The position numbers were made by a program, and so were the translations under genes. A stretch of DNA of 62,939 nucleotides, filler included, from Basidiobolus ranarum (Eukaryota): assembly GCA_040143965.1 (NCBI GenBank). It is 20 parts of 20 records of this genome, joined end to end, with 100 filler letters (N's around TTAATTAATTAA, not from the genome) between each part and the next. Parts side by side here need not be neighbours in the genome. Positions count along the whole stretch, not along the records: positions 12,660 to 15,720 come from JASJQH010002758.1; positions 15,821 to 18,879 come from JASJQH010002759.1; positions 18,980 to 22,037 come from JASJQH010002760.1; positions 22,138 to 25,193 come from JASJQH010002761.1; 16 more parts are not named here. One strand, written 5' to 3'. Numbering within the stretch: the stretch's first letter is position 1; every line of letters begins with the position of its first letter. The notes beneath the pieces are model-generated. The model was given only the letters and a program-made list of their open reading frames with translations. It did no database searches and was not told where the DNA came from. Of this stretch, positions 12,660 to 25,293 are shown piece by piece.

Positions 12660-15350
12660 GTAAGGATGTTAGCAATCATGTCCTCAGTTGTACAGTACTC
12701 TAGTTGGACATGTTTATTCTCAATAGCTTCCCTAACAAAGTGATGTTGAATGTCAAATTGCTTACTTCTAGCATGCAATTTGGTATTTTTAGCTAAAGAA
12801 ATACAACTTTGATTATCCTTAAAAATTATGGTGAGTGAACTTTGAAAAATTTCAAAGTCATTGAACAGTTTCCTTGACCACATGGCCTTCTTTGTTGTAT
12901 GTGATGCCACCGTATAATCTGCTTCAGTTGTTGAAAGTGCTAAGATGAGTTATTTCTTGTTATTACAAGATAAGGCTGCTTCACTATAGAGAAAGATATA
13001 TCAAGTGAAAGATCTTCTGTCCTCAATATCACATCCCCAATCTGCATCACCAAACCCAATTAGATCCTTATTCACATAAGAAAATGTGTATCTTAATTCC
13101 AGATAAATTGACCCCTCAATATCTGAAAATCCGCTTAACTGCTACATAATGCTCAGATCCTAGGTTTTGGACATGTTTGCTGACTATTCCCAATGCAAAA
13201 GAGATATCTGCCCAGGTTCCAGTCATAGCATAGATCAAACTACCCACCATAGATTCATAAGGGAACTCTGGACAATCAAATGTCATATTTTGCGCTATAT
13301 TTGGCTAATTTTCATCTTTTTTAATGGGATCTTTGACTAGTTTCACAACTGGATCCAGGGGAGTTGCTACCAGCTTACAATTTTCCATCCAGTAATGTCT
13401 GGGAATGTTTGAAAAGTAGATTTTAGATTGGAGTTACAGAATTGTTCAATATATCATATGGATCTGTATGCCTAAAAAATATGTAAATTCACCTAAATCA
13501 GTCATCTTGATTTGGACTGATAGATCTCTTTTGGTGTTCCTGAGAGCTTCATCATTATTTTAGCTATAATCAGAGCATTTACACATAAGGCAAGTATCAC
13601 TTTACTCTCCTTATCTGTCTTAAAGTAAATCCCAAAATCCACCATCCTCATTTGGAAATCAAGTGATTCCAAGTATGTGTCTATGTAAGTGTACCAGGCC
13701 CTAGGTGATTGTTTAAGTCCATAAAGTGAGTTTTGTAGCCTACACACATCCTCAGGGTGCTCAGGATCCACAAAACCATCTGGTTGATCCATGTATGTAT
13801 CCTCTTCTAAGTCCCCATTCAAAAAAGCAGTTTTAAAGTCCATTTGATGGATTTTTAAGCTGTGTTTTGCTGCTACTGCTAGTATGGTTCTGATGGAATT
13901 AAACTTTGCTGCAGGAGCAAAAGTTTCATTGTAGTCCACTCCTTCTATTTGAAAGTATCCATTACCCACAAGTCTGGCTTTATATTTCTCTTCAGATCCT
14001 TCAGCTTGCTGTTTGACTTTAAACAACCATTTATATCCAAATGATTTTTGGTCACAGGTAACTTAACCAAAGTCCAAGTTTGGTTATCTATGAATGACTG
14101 ATACTCATCTTCCATTGAAGCACTCCAAAACTTTGTGTTGGGACTCTCCATAGCCTCCTGTATTGATTTAGGCTCATCAGAAAAGGCTAAATTAGCACTA
14201 GACTCCTTTTGCTAGTGTGAGAGTAGTAATCAGGCAGAGATTTCATCCAATTGGATCTCCTATGATGGAAAATTGGCACTACAGCTTCTGGGACCAATTT
14301 AGGCAATGAAGCCACCTCATGCTTGGTTGAGGAGACTGCAGGTGAGGAATTTTCAATGTTTTTCTCATTGATCAGGGTCTGGTGGGAAAAAGAAGAATTT
14401 TGATCAATTTTTGGTTCTTTTTTCTTGATCCTGGATTGTTTTGAGTGAAAACTTTTCTTCTTCAGCAAATTCCATGTCCCTTGCCTTGATTAGCCTCTTA
14501 TTTTCAGTGTCATATAGCCTGTACCCTTTTGTTCCATCACAATATCTCAAAAAAATACATTTCTGGCTTTTTTGGTCTAATTTTGATCTCTTCTGGTCTG
14601 CAATCATTGCATATGCAGTACTTCCAAAAACTTTAAGATTAGCCACATCAGGTTTACTTGCAAACCAAGCTTGATAAGTTGTCATAGCCAATAGAGACCT
14701 AGAAGGACATCTATTTCTAATATATACTGCAGTTGCAATCAATTCAGCCCAGAATTGTTTTGGTAAATCTTGATCATAAAGCATTGATCTTACTTTTTCC
14801 ATTATTGATCTGTTTGCACATTTGGCTACTCTATTCTGCTGTGGAGAATATGGCACTGTAGTCTACTGTTTTATCCCAAGTGTTGAGCAAAAGTCAGAGA
14901 AGAGTTTTGAGGTATATTCCCCTCCATTATCAGTACATATAACCTTAACCTTTAGACATGTTTCAGTCTCCACCATTGCCTTGAACTTCTTGAAGGTATC
15001 AGAGGCATGATCCTTACTGACCAGAGAGTACACCCAAATATACTTTGTCTTATCAGCAATAAAGGTCATAAAATAGCTTTTTCTGCCTAAGAATTTTGTC
15101 TGCATTGGGCCACACAGATCTGAGTGTATCAGGCCCAATTTTTGATCAATTTTGCTCATTCCAGAGGCCACAAATGGCTGTCTGTGTTGCCTACCATATA
15201 GGCAACCTTCACATAGTTCCAGATCTGTGGAATTACAAAATTTAGTCCCAAAATCATTTTGTTTTTGTTCAAATTTCTCATATTTTCAGCTCCTAGATGA
15301 CCCAGTCTCCTGTGCCCAAATTTCCAGTCTATCTCTTCAGTGGTGGCAGT
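12660..15350 (-). mobile_element. Degenerate Ty1/copia pol (GAG-pre-integrase, integrase, RT, RNase H)
   Basis: 'HRRLGHLG', 'LIHSDLCGPM', 'TDNGGEY', 'PQQNRVA', 'YKARLV', 'HQMDFKTAFLNG', 'LYGLKQSPRAW', 'DNQSCI..RSKQFDIQHHFVRE'. INT-RT-RH order; frameshifts and stops. Confidence 0.95.
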
Positions 15351-15720
15351 ATTAGCATGATTAGGCACTATCCGGCACAATGTTATTTACTATTTTGGAA
15401 ACAGTTTATTTTACTTATGTGGTATATTTAAGAAAAGTACTTTTAGATGTTGTTACACATTTAAAAGATGATGAAAGCTTTAGTCATAGTGTTTATAAGT
15501 CTAGAGCTCTCAATGGAGATCTTTGAGGATGATTGTATTGAGAATTAATCAAGATTTTGACTGCTTTGCCTAACTCTGATTGAGGCCAGCAAAATAATTT
15601 TCCTCTATACTTTCCTGCTACAATGCTATATCTCTTTAGGAGACCAAAGCATTGTTCTACTCATGTTCTAAAATGGGAAAAATATCATTATAAAGCTTTT
15701 GCCTCTCTGTGAGTATCCCT
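15351..15720 (-). mobile_element. Fragment of the DDE_Tnp_4/PHIS-type DNA transposon
   Basis: The reverse complement aligns by eye along its length with about 60153-60520, and the start matches 62893-62939. Confidence 0.75.
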
Positions 15721-15820
15721 NNNNNNNNNNNNNNNNNNNNNNNNNNNNNNNNNNNNNNNNNNNNTTAATTAATTAANNNNNNNNNNNNNNNNNNNNNNNN
15801 NNNNNNNNNNNNNNNNNNNN

Positions 15821-16550
15821 ACAGAGAATGCATTCATAAAGACCATCCAACTTTTTGCGGTCTTCGATACTTTGAAGGTTTTCACGTGCTCCCTCCTTAA
15901 GTTGAGATTTTTGTTTGAGGTAAGGCTGGATGCTCTTATATTGCTTGTAAAAGTTATTCATGTCTGGTACAAGATCCTTAACAACGTACATATGAGGTAG
16001 AGGATAAATCTTGACCTCTGAATTGGCATCACGTCCAACTTTAGCGATGCAAGCTAGGGTATTTAACCCATCGATATTCATAGCGCATGAGCCGCAGATT
16101 CCTTCACGACAAGAGCGGCGGAAGGTTAAAGTAGGATCAACTTCGTTTTTAATCTTCAACAAAGCGTCCAATACCATGGGACCACAACTATTGATGTCAA
16201 TTGTATATTTCTGAAGTTGGGGCTTCTCTGTAGGAACATCAGGGTTCTGGGTAGATAACATTTAACTTCTCATTGGTAGTGGAACATGAACTAGAATACT
16301 TACCCAGCGATAAATAGAAAAAGACTTGTTCAGAGGAGGTTTACCAACGGGGGTACGTTCATCAGAAACAACATCAGCTCGAGGTGAAGAGGAAGTTTTG
16401 AATGTCCTAAGGCCTATGTTGTATGTCTAAAATAAAAGTTAATGTTGAACGTCGGAAATGCCTCTTAATGATAGATACCAGTGCAGTGGAGCTTCTCAGC
16501 ACAGGCCTGAACGCTGCCATAGAATAGAGACGGAGAGCAATTGAAGGCAT
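15821..16550 (-). CDS. SDH2: Succinate dehydrogenase iron-sulfur subunit, 3'-truncated (exons 16550-16479, 16426-16304, 16246-15821)
   Basis: Mitochondrial presequence, 'FSIYRW|NPD', '[19 protein letters not shown]', '[15 protein letters not shown]', '[10 protein letters not shown]'; canonical introns. Confidence 0.97.
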
Positions 16551-19431
16551 AGTGTATAAACTAAGGGGCACTATTGAACAGAGAATTTGGAGTATTCCTC
16601 ACTCTATATATCATGATCTTGCTCAAATATATCTACAAGTCAGCTCCTTTGAGGGGATAGAATTTCATTCTCATTGGTCAACGGTACATCATCACATAGT
16701 CATATGTATAGCATAATAGTATCTATTCAGGAGCCCCACAACATTCCCTGTTGTAGACCAATTGGTAGGAGATATTGAGGATCGCTGTGGGCCAGAATTC
16801 AGGGAATAGAGTAAGCCAGTTTGATCAATTAATGGTATTTTGCAGCACATGCAAGATAGATCGATGCGAAGACCGCTGAAGCATCTTCATGACTGCGATG
16901 CAGACAGCATGCTGACTGAGATGGCTGAGTCACGCCGAGTTCAGGATCTTCGGGATCATCCAATTAGATGGCACTAGTAAGCAAAGCCACTACTTTGGAA
17001 GGAAACTGGTGACTTTGAAACGTACCAAGAATGAATGAACCTAAGCAACCCAAGAGTCAGTTTTCCGATAGATATACCGGACTGCAGCAGGTCGGTGATT
17101 TCAGCCACTGCAAAGGACATATCTTTCTCTTGCACGTGAAATGCAACATTCACAGCGCCAATGCAGAGTTCAAATTAAAATAAACAATAATTCGTAGTTT
17201 AAAAAGGATAAAGTAATATATGTAAAAGTTGTAATTTCGATCTAGATTTGGTCATTTGGAACAGACAGTTGATAACCAAAAGATTAAATGTCAAGAGTCA
17301 TATATGTGATAGTTTGTGAGATGCTTCAACAACAATACAAGCGAGATCATTTGGAGCTTACAACCCCATTACCTACATCGACCAGGGAAGAGCCTCGCAA
17401 TATCCAAATGGGTTGCTTGCCTCATTCACGGACACAGGCACCGAAACTGTAGTGGACAGTTGAAATATCCCGTGCTAATGAAGGATACAATGGCATTTAC
17501 AGGGCTAGGGCCAAGAGTTCAGTGCATGGATGGAGTAAGCCACAAAGCTATCCAAGTGACAACAAATTAATGGTGACAAAACGGTGTCAAATAAAACGTG
17601 ACCACCTGATGTTGAAGTTCATTCTTACTTGCCCAATCCCATCCATACTCATCGCTACAGTATTTAGGTTGAGTTTGGGTCAAGGGGGCCAACAGCATTC
17701 TCTAGAAGCCAATAACTTCTTTTATCATATACAATACATCGCAGTCTCGTACACGGCCTCTCTTCTCGAAGAGATTTAGATTTTTACAGGCAGAAAAAGT
17801 CTGATCATTAACCTCTTCTCATTCGTCTCAAACTAATTCTTGTCTGTCTGAATTTTATTTTCGCTTCATCCAAAAAAGGTAAGCTAAACTGTACTTACGA
17901 CCATTCATTAACAATTTCAAACAGTGGACGATTGATGTGATGGATATGTTACAAGTTTATTTTGAAGCGAGACATCCATATTTAGCCAATGGTATCAACT
18001 AACTTCAGATTTAAAGCTAATAGCAATTAAAGACAAATGAAGCTGGGAATTTGGATAAGAACATTACTGTTCTTGTCTGCGGCCGACCATGTTTGGAGAA
18101 TTTACTACAGAAGACAAAGGAGTCAATCACAAGTTAGTATGTATAATGATTCGTTTAGTGTTTACTTTAGATCTGGCTCTCATCTTTCTTCTTCTACGCT
18201 TAAGACGTCTCTGTCTCTTTTTCTTCCACTTATCTCTCATACCTGTCAGAGTTCAAAGTAAGCTCTATGTTCTGGTGCAATACCACAATTGACTTACATA
18301 CCTGACAATTAGTCGATGCTATGAGATGAGGAAGGTACAACTGATTGTTTGCCCTCTCTATATACTACACATTTCGAACCTGACTGACCCCTCTCTCTTC
18401 TTTCACCCCTGCTCAACGAATCTTTTTCTGTACTTACCTTGCAGAAATCGCCACACTTGTATATATGCTATTTATTGGTGAAACATTGCCAGAGTGAAAA
18501 TCGGAGTAGGCTAAATTTTCACCACCAAAGCATGGCACATTTGATTCTTACTAGGATTTGGTATTAGATTGTTTCTGACAAATTCATGGATATAAAATCG
18601 GTCTCTCCTTGGGAGCAAGTTGACATAGTCAAGAGATTCATTACACCCAGAACAGTAGTGTACGAGAGAGGGACGCTCTGTCAAGATCAAAGGGCAAAAG
18701 TGATTGTGCTCATAATGAAAGTTTCATCCTTAGCCAAGTTACAAAACATGGGTAGTTCTGGGATAACTGAGCTTGAGGATTCGGTGATTTGGTAGAGAAT
18801 TATAGGTGTAATGCCAGGTTCTGGGTAAGTTTCTGGTAAGAATGGAATTTTGGGTTTTAATGGTAATCATGGCATTTTGNNNNNNNNNNNNNNNNNNNNN
18901 NNNNNNNNNNNNNNNNNNNNNNNTTAATTAATTAANNNNNNNNNNNNNNNNNNNNNNNNNNNNNNNNNNNNNNNNNNNNTTTGGTATTTTTAACGCAATC
19001 GACGTCCCATTTGGGAGTCATATATATTAGGGAGAGTCTGGAATAAGGCCATGTGAACAAATATACTAATATTCGCAGCCTAAATTCTTACTGGCAACTA
19101 ATTGTAGTTAGAAATCTCAGTGTGTACTGATTAGTGCCCTGGGAAGCAATAGGAAAGATTAGGACCAGTAGGATTCAGGAATACCACCAATAAGTACTAA
19201 AATGGAATGATCTGGAATACACTGGTGTGAAATGAGCTAGCAGGATTGCTGGCATTTCAATCAGGCCCAGGTTATATTCGTAAATCAACCATCAATCTTA
19301 CCTGATCAGCTCTAATGCGGATTAGCTGTGAGAGGTGATTAAGATAATCTATTATCTAATTGGTATTCGAGGTATAAGAGAGGAAAGACTCCAATCAACC
19401 ATCCGCCAATTTCATTCCGTTTAGTCGAAAC

Positions 19432-20521
19432 ATGTCCATAGAGGAAGGATCATCGGAGGCCTCGCCTCTTCTGGCAAGAAATGGAGACTTTCTGCCTCGC
19501 CCTAACGACCGCAAATCTGAAGTATCGGGATTGGCTGCCATGTGCTTCTCTTCATTTTTTTTCTCTGTCATGGCCATCTTCGTCAAATACTCTGCCCAAA
19601 CATTCCCCTCGATGGAAATTGTGTTTATTCGGAGTATTATTCAATTCGTACTCGCTGTCACGATGTGTCGTTATTTCCAGGTTCCGATATTTGGTGAGCG
19701 TGGATTGCGCTGGGCTCTGTTTATTCGGGGACTTTTTGGAGCCGTTGGGCTAGCTATGAACTACTATGCATTGACGCAATTGTATTTGGCAGATGCCACA
19801 GGTAAGCCTTTTTAGTAATATTCTACCGAAGCATCAGCCATCGGATTAATCACACTCCGCTTCACACCAAACAGTGCTTTTCTTCATCAGCCCTGTCTTG
19901 ACAGCGGTGCTGGCACGCATTTTCCTCAAAGAACCATATGGGATGTTCGAATCCATCGCATGTCTGCTGTGTACAATAGGCTTGCTGTTGATAGGGAAGC
20001 CGAGCTTTCTCTTTGGCCAGAACATACCCGATTCTACTGATATTGACGCTGAAAAGCGCTTATGGGCTACTGGGGCGTCGTTGTTGGGCGCTACAATGTC
20101 TTCAATCTCGGTTGTTATGTTGCGTCAAATGGGGAAAACCGCTCATTTTATGACTCACGTGGTCTATTTTGGTGGTAGCAGTATATTGTTCTCCGGATTC
20201 TTTACCTTCTTTATCACGACCAGCTCTTCAATCCCCAACAACTTTATATCGTGGGCGGTATTGTTAGTGATTGGGGTTACCGCCTTTATTGGCCAAAGTA
20301 TGCAGAACAAGGGAGTACAACTTGCCCCAGCTGGGCCCATTATGCTTATGCGTAACTTTGACATTGTGTTCGCCTTTACATTTGGTATTCTGCTGTTCAA
20401 CGAAGTCCCTGATGGTGTATCGATCATTGGTACCCTCCTTATTATTGGTGGAACTTTGACCATGGGCGTTGGGAAATGGTTTGGTTTCTCTAAGCCAGTG
20501 GATAATAGTAGACATTCATAG
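19432..20521 (+). CDS. EamA/DMT-family transporter (SLC35G-like); exons 19432-19801 and 19875-20521
   Basis: Two EamA repeats, 'EIVFIRS', 'LADAT|VLFFISPVLTAVLARIFLKE', 'GVQLAPAGP'; GTAAGC...ACAG intron. Appears complete. Confidence 0.92.
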
Positions 20522-21815
20522 GATGATGTATTTGTAGTTGTTTCGATCAAATTTCTCCCTCCACTCTATGGTGTAGTAACTAAAGCTCTTTATTTCCAAT
20601 TATGAAAGTTGAGTATTTGTCTGGATCAATTGTTGGGCTGAACTGTACCATTAGTAGAGGGAATAGTGAGACAGGCTACAGTTGCATTGGTAGTTGCAAC
20701 TATGTAATTTAGAAAGCTACACTTGAGTTTTATGCTGAGTTCCTGAAGTGCTTATTGGAAACTACGCTACAATATTACAACTACTGCTGGTTTCAGAATT
20801 AGCCATACTGATCGTAGATATCCATCGGTTACGTTACCTAAGCGATTGAGAGTTGACTCTTATCTGTTTGTTGACAGGTGCTTGAAGATGGTGATAGTGC
20901 ACAGAAACGATGAAGCAATAGTAGATTTACTGATGAGATTATCCATTAGCAAACACATCTAATCAAGTGAGGTTAATAAGAGATATTAGTGGTTGATGAC
21001 CATGTTGAACAAATAAATAATCGCAAAAAGGCACTGATTTCACTTGATTGAGTCAGACAAGTACTAAAAGCCCAATATCAAATGTTGTGGCACAAAAGTA
21101 AGCATTTCCAACTTCGTGGTGAATAAAGATAGAGTTTTGAATGCTTAATTCTTGATGGTGCTTACAACGAAGCAAACCACAATAACTAATTACTAATAGC
21201 TCCAATCTGGTTTTGCACATGTAACATCTAACTTTTATACAAATATGGCTTAGAGGAATATGTGCCTTAGTTAAGCATATTTATCAGGTTTCTTATTCAT
21301 ACCCTTAGATAATTAACTACACCATATAGCACATTCAAGCTAATTGATGCAAAAGTTGCAAATCATAAGGATCCATCCAAGGTGGTAGGCTCTGTTTATA
21401 TCCTTAGCGTATGTTCCACTCCGGATCAAGTGGCATTTGCAACATAATATTAGCTAAGATGTAATAGATGGAGTTAGGTTGGTAAAAATATTGATAATCA
21501 CTTTCAGTTTCAAATTTTCACTCAACAATAGCAACTACTATAAGCATTATGAAGTACAATTGGAGCTCTATCATTTATACATCTAATTCATATCTTGATA
21601 CACTTTACTCCTATTTTGCAAAGTTTGGGGCTCCTAGCGCAAGTTTGAAAAGTCTATATATCTGAGAACTTCTTGGTAAATTCTGATTGAGGGTTATGGG
21701 TGATGTCTTGGTGCAATATAGAATAACTGATTTGATCAGATCCATAATTTTGAAGATATTGGCACATAACTCCCACAGAATATGCAATATCTGGCCATGT
21801 TCCAAACATGATATA

Positions 21816-22037
21816 TGTTGGAGGATCTTGACATAATGGGGGTAGACTTTGAGTATTAGAAGCAACTTATAGTGTGTTTTAGTTAGTTTATTCTCAAGAG
21901 TATATGGTGACTTATATAGTAGAAATGTAAATCAATTGTTTGAGATATTCAGGAGTTTGTGTAATAAGATATAATAGATAAGTGGGGGTAATAAGACATA
22001 CTTATTATATAGATATAGAGATATTCCTATTTAGAAT
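21816..22037 (-). mobile_element. LTR family A, cut by contig end; LTR B and RT remnants at about 21615-21815
   Basis: TGTTGGAGGATCTTGACATAATGGGGGTAGAC... matches the other A copies. Confidence 0.85.
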
Positions 22038-22137
22038 NNNNNNNNNNNNNNNNNNNNNNNNNNNNNNNNNNNNNNNNNNNNTTAATTAATTAANNNNNNN
22101 NNNNNNNNNNNNNNNNNNNNNNNNNNNNNNNNNNNNN

Positions 22138-22368
22138 CAAACTAACATGTAGAATATGTTAAGGAAGGTCCCAGGAACATGTGTGCAATGTTTGGGGCTT
22201 CTAGCACAAGTTTGAAAAATCTATATATCTGAGAACTTCTAAGTTGGTGTCAATATTTTAAGTAAATTTTGATTGAGAATAATTGATAATATCTTAGTGA
22301 GTTATAAGATAACTAATTACTAAGTTATATATGACTGTATAGGTGTTTAGGCAATGCTAATTTCAGCA
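22138..22368 (-). mobile_element. LTR family B, partial
   Basis: GGAAGGTCCCAGGAACATGTGTGC...AATTTCAGCA. Confidence 0.8.
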
Positions 22369-22452
22369 ATGATGACCTTCACTCTGATACATTTTGCAGG
22401 TTACTTGTTATTTGATCTTGAAATTTTGTTCCTTCAATTATATTGATCATGG

Positions 22453-22899
22453 TATTGAAGTATTTTGGGAGTTTGTTTGAACTAGTTTGGAGAACTAGAA
22501 GATGATGGTTTTCACTTATGGATTTATTGAACAGAAAGTTGATGGAGGATCTTGACATAATGGGGGTAGACTTTGTATATCAGGGGCAACTTATGATATT
22601 GTTTTAGCTATTTTATTCTTAAGAGAATGTGGTGGCTTATATAACAAAGAAGTAAATCAATTGTTTGAGAAATTCAGGAGTATGGGTAATAAGATACAAT
22701 AGTGTTGAATATGTTAACGACCCAGGAACTTGTGTGCCAAATTTGAGGCCTCTAGGACAAATTTCAAAATCTATATATTTGAGAACTTCTAAGTAAACTC
22801 CTCTTGAGAATAGTGGGATATATCTTGGTGAAATATGAAATAACTAAATACTAAGCTATATATGACTATATAAGTGTTTAAGCTATGTTAATTTCAACA
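22453..22899 (-). mobile_element. Solo LTR B with TSD CATGG, containing an LTR A fragment (about 22543-22700)
   Basis: CATGG at 22448-22452 and 22900-22904; the B sequence is interrupted by GGAGGATCTTGACATAATGGGGG...AAGATACAATAG. Confidence 0.8.
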
Positions 22900-23283
22900 C
22901 ATGGAACACGGATTAATAATAATGTCAACAAATACATTAGACATACTGAGTAATGTATCAAGATTTATTCTACACATTAAGGGAAGAGGAGGAAGAGGGG
23001 GTCCAGGAAAACTAAATTCAAAAGCCACCAGTGCCAAAAGTGAAAGAAAAAAGGGGAATGAATTTAAGTAAAATCTTTGCATAGCAAATAACTATTTCTA
23101 CAAAGTATGTTGGGGAAAGGATGAGTGTAAGTGTGAATATGGGAACGGGTGGAATAAAAGCAGAATGCAATGTTGATATGGAACTTTTTGGGTAAAAAGA
23201 TTCAATATAAATACGACTATGATGATGGAGATGTAAGGGCAAGTGGTAAGCGGAAGTGAATATGCAGAAGGATGTTCGGTTGT

Positions 23284-23910
23284 TTATGCATCCTCACTAG
23301 AATCTGACGATGCTTCGTAATAGTTTGCGGTGCGACTTAAAAGTGCATAATGTGTGAGATTTTTTCCACCGCTACGAGGTGCCACTCGCCGAGAAGACGA
23401 AATATCCGAATATGATTCTTGGTCAGCTAATGAAGTCGTATTTCTCGCGACAGATTCGGTTTTAGAGGTTGTTCGCCGGTGTGGCTTGGTTTCTATATTC
23501 ACATTCATTAGTCTCAGAAATAAAAGTAGAGCAGAGTAAACTAAACTGTACCATATGTGGGAAGTGATTTGGCAGTTTTACGAGTTTGAGGTTTACGTGG
23601 TGATTCCGATCGTACTACTGTCTTTGGTTTGGTAGCGTCCGATGTAGACTTGGGACTGCACATCAAGGGCAATCGTTTTCTCGGGAGTTCAACCACTAGA
23701 ACCAAGTCAGAAGGATATTCAAGAAGATAATCGTATCATTGAAGTAGTATACATACCAATACGACGTTTTTTGATATTCTCAGTGCAAGCACCATCACAG
23801 AACCACGGTTTAATCCCGTTTACTGCGAAATGGAAGAATGGATTAAAAATCAAACGCTACTAAAGCTCGTTAGAAAAATATAGTTACCGATCTCATCCGA
23901 TATACCGCAA
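23284..23910 (-). CDS. 3' exons of a probable PHD/zinc-finger protein, 5' end missing (exons ..23888, 23822-23757, 23695-23552, 23492-23284)
   Basis: Three phase-consistent GT-AG introns give CGISDEIVNGIKPWFCDGACTENIKKRRIVVELPRKRLPLM...ETKPHRR...SSEDA*. WFC...C resembles the end of a PHD finger. Confidence 0.6.
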
Positions 23911-23912
23911 TT

Positions 23913-25193
23913 GATTTTTGGACATTGATCGATCTTCGCCTTGTCATGAAGATTGTGCATCTTGAGATATTTGCTGAAGAGAAGTCCAAATCAAACCAAC
24001 CTACCAATATTAGTCTGTGCAGCTTTTCTCTTAATAACCTGGAGCATCATTTCCAAATGCTGACCAACGGAGCTATGCAAGCTGATCTAAGAATACATTC
24101 CATGGTTATCATCGATACCAGACCCGTTACTAGTAACAAGTATAAAGAAATCGTTCCAACAATCGAGAAAACCAGTCCTCAGTTTAGTGTGAATGTTAGA
24201 ACTAAGCCCTCAGGAGCCATAGACGCGTCGGTATCTATTGACAGCCCAAAAATTACATTGGTTCTAGATCAATTATTTGCTATTCGAGACTTTTTTATGA
24301 GTGCGTTTGAGCATTCAGAAGGTACTCCAAATATCCATCCGGTTGACTTAGCCCCACCAAAGAATGACGAACCCCCTGGTGTTCAGAAAAATCTGAATGC
24401 TGAGCTCACTTACAACGTTCACATCATCGATCCAGAAATCGTTTTATTAGCGGACGCAAATAGTGCGTCAACAGAGGCGATCGTATTGTCAATAAGGTCT
24501 GTCACACTGCGACAAAAAGGAACCATTAATCTTACCATGAATTCTATCGCACTGTTCCTCTGCCGCATGGATAAAAGAGAAGATACGACGCTACGCGTTG
24601 TGGAGAACTTTGACATGATTTTATCGATGGATCGCAGAGTCACTCAAATGAGCCATACACTTACGAATATCCATACTGAAGTATTCCCGTTGATCATCAG
24701 GATCTCTTATAGAGATACCTTACTTTTCTCAAATATTCTGAACAAAGTATCGGAGCTACTCAATCATGTCAATCAACCTAAAGTTCAGGTCACTGCACCA
24801 GAGATCAAAAAGCCAACAAAATCATCTCCAAGTAAAGATGCGGTGGCGGACAAAAAAGCCGGGAAAAGGCGAGAGATGCGGAGACAGTCACTCAAAGCCC
24901 AGTCACAGCTAAAGGAGACGAACAAGATATTTTCAAGGGAAAACTTGAAATTGACATTTAATAGCGTTGAAATCATTTTTATTCGAGATTTGGACGACCT
25001 ACCGATCATTGACATCCAACTTCAGAAATTTGTGGTTGAGATGAAAGATTGGTCCTCGCAGGTACACATTGTCCAACGTATTTAATTCTGTCACCATTTC
25101 GATTTCTATACTAACTCATACTTTAGTTAATTGTCAAGACCGATATCCAAATGCTTGCAAATATGTGCAACATCAAGAACTCTCACTGGGAGC
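23913..25193 (+). CDS. VPS13: Vacuolar protein sorting 13, internal fragment (intron 25062-25126)
   Basis: RBG-repeat-like beta-rich sequence, 'DPEIVLLAD..STEAIVL', 'LFLCRMDKREDT.LRVV.NFD', 'DWSSQ|...NIKNSHWE(P)'. Confidence 0.88.
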
Positions 25194-25293
25194 NNNNNNN
25201 NNNNNNNNNNNNNNNNNNNNNNNNNNNNNNNNNNNNNTTAATTAATTAANNNNNNNNNNNNNNNNNNNNNNNNNNNNNNNNNNNNNNNNNNNN

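Noticed and set aside
16700-18879. Short ORFs upstream of SDH2
   Set aside because: No recognisable domain or consistent exon chain.
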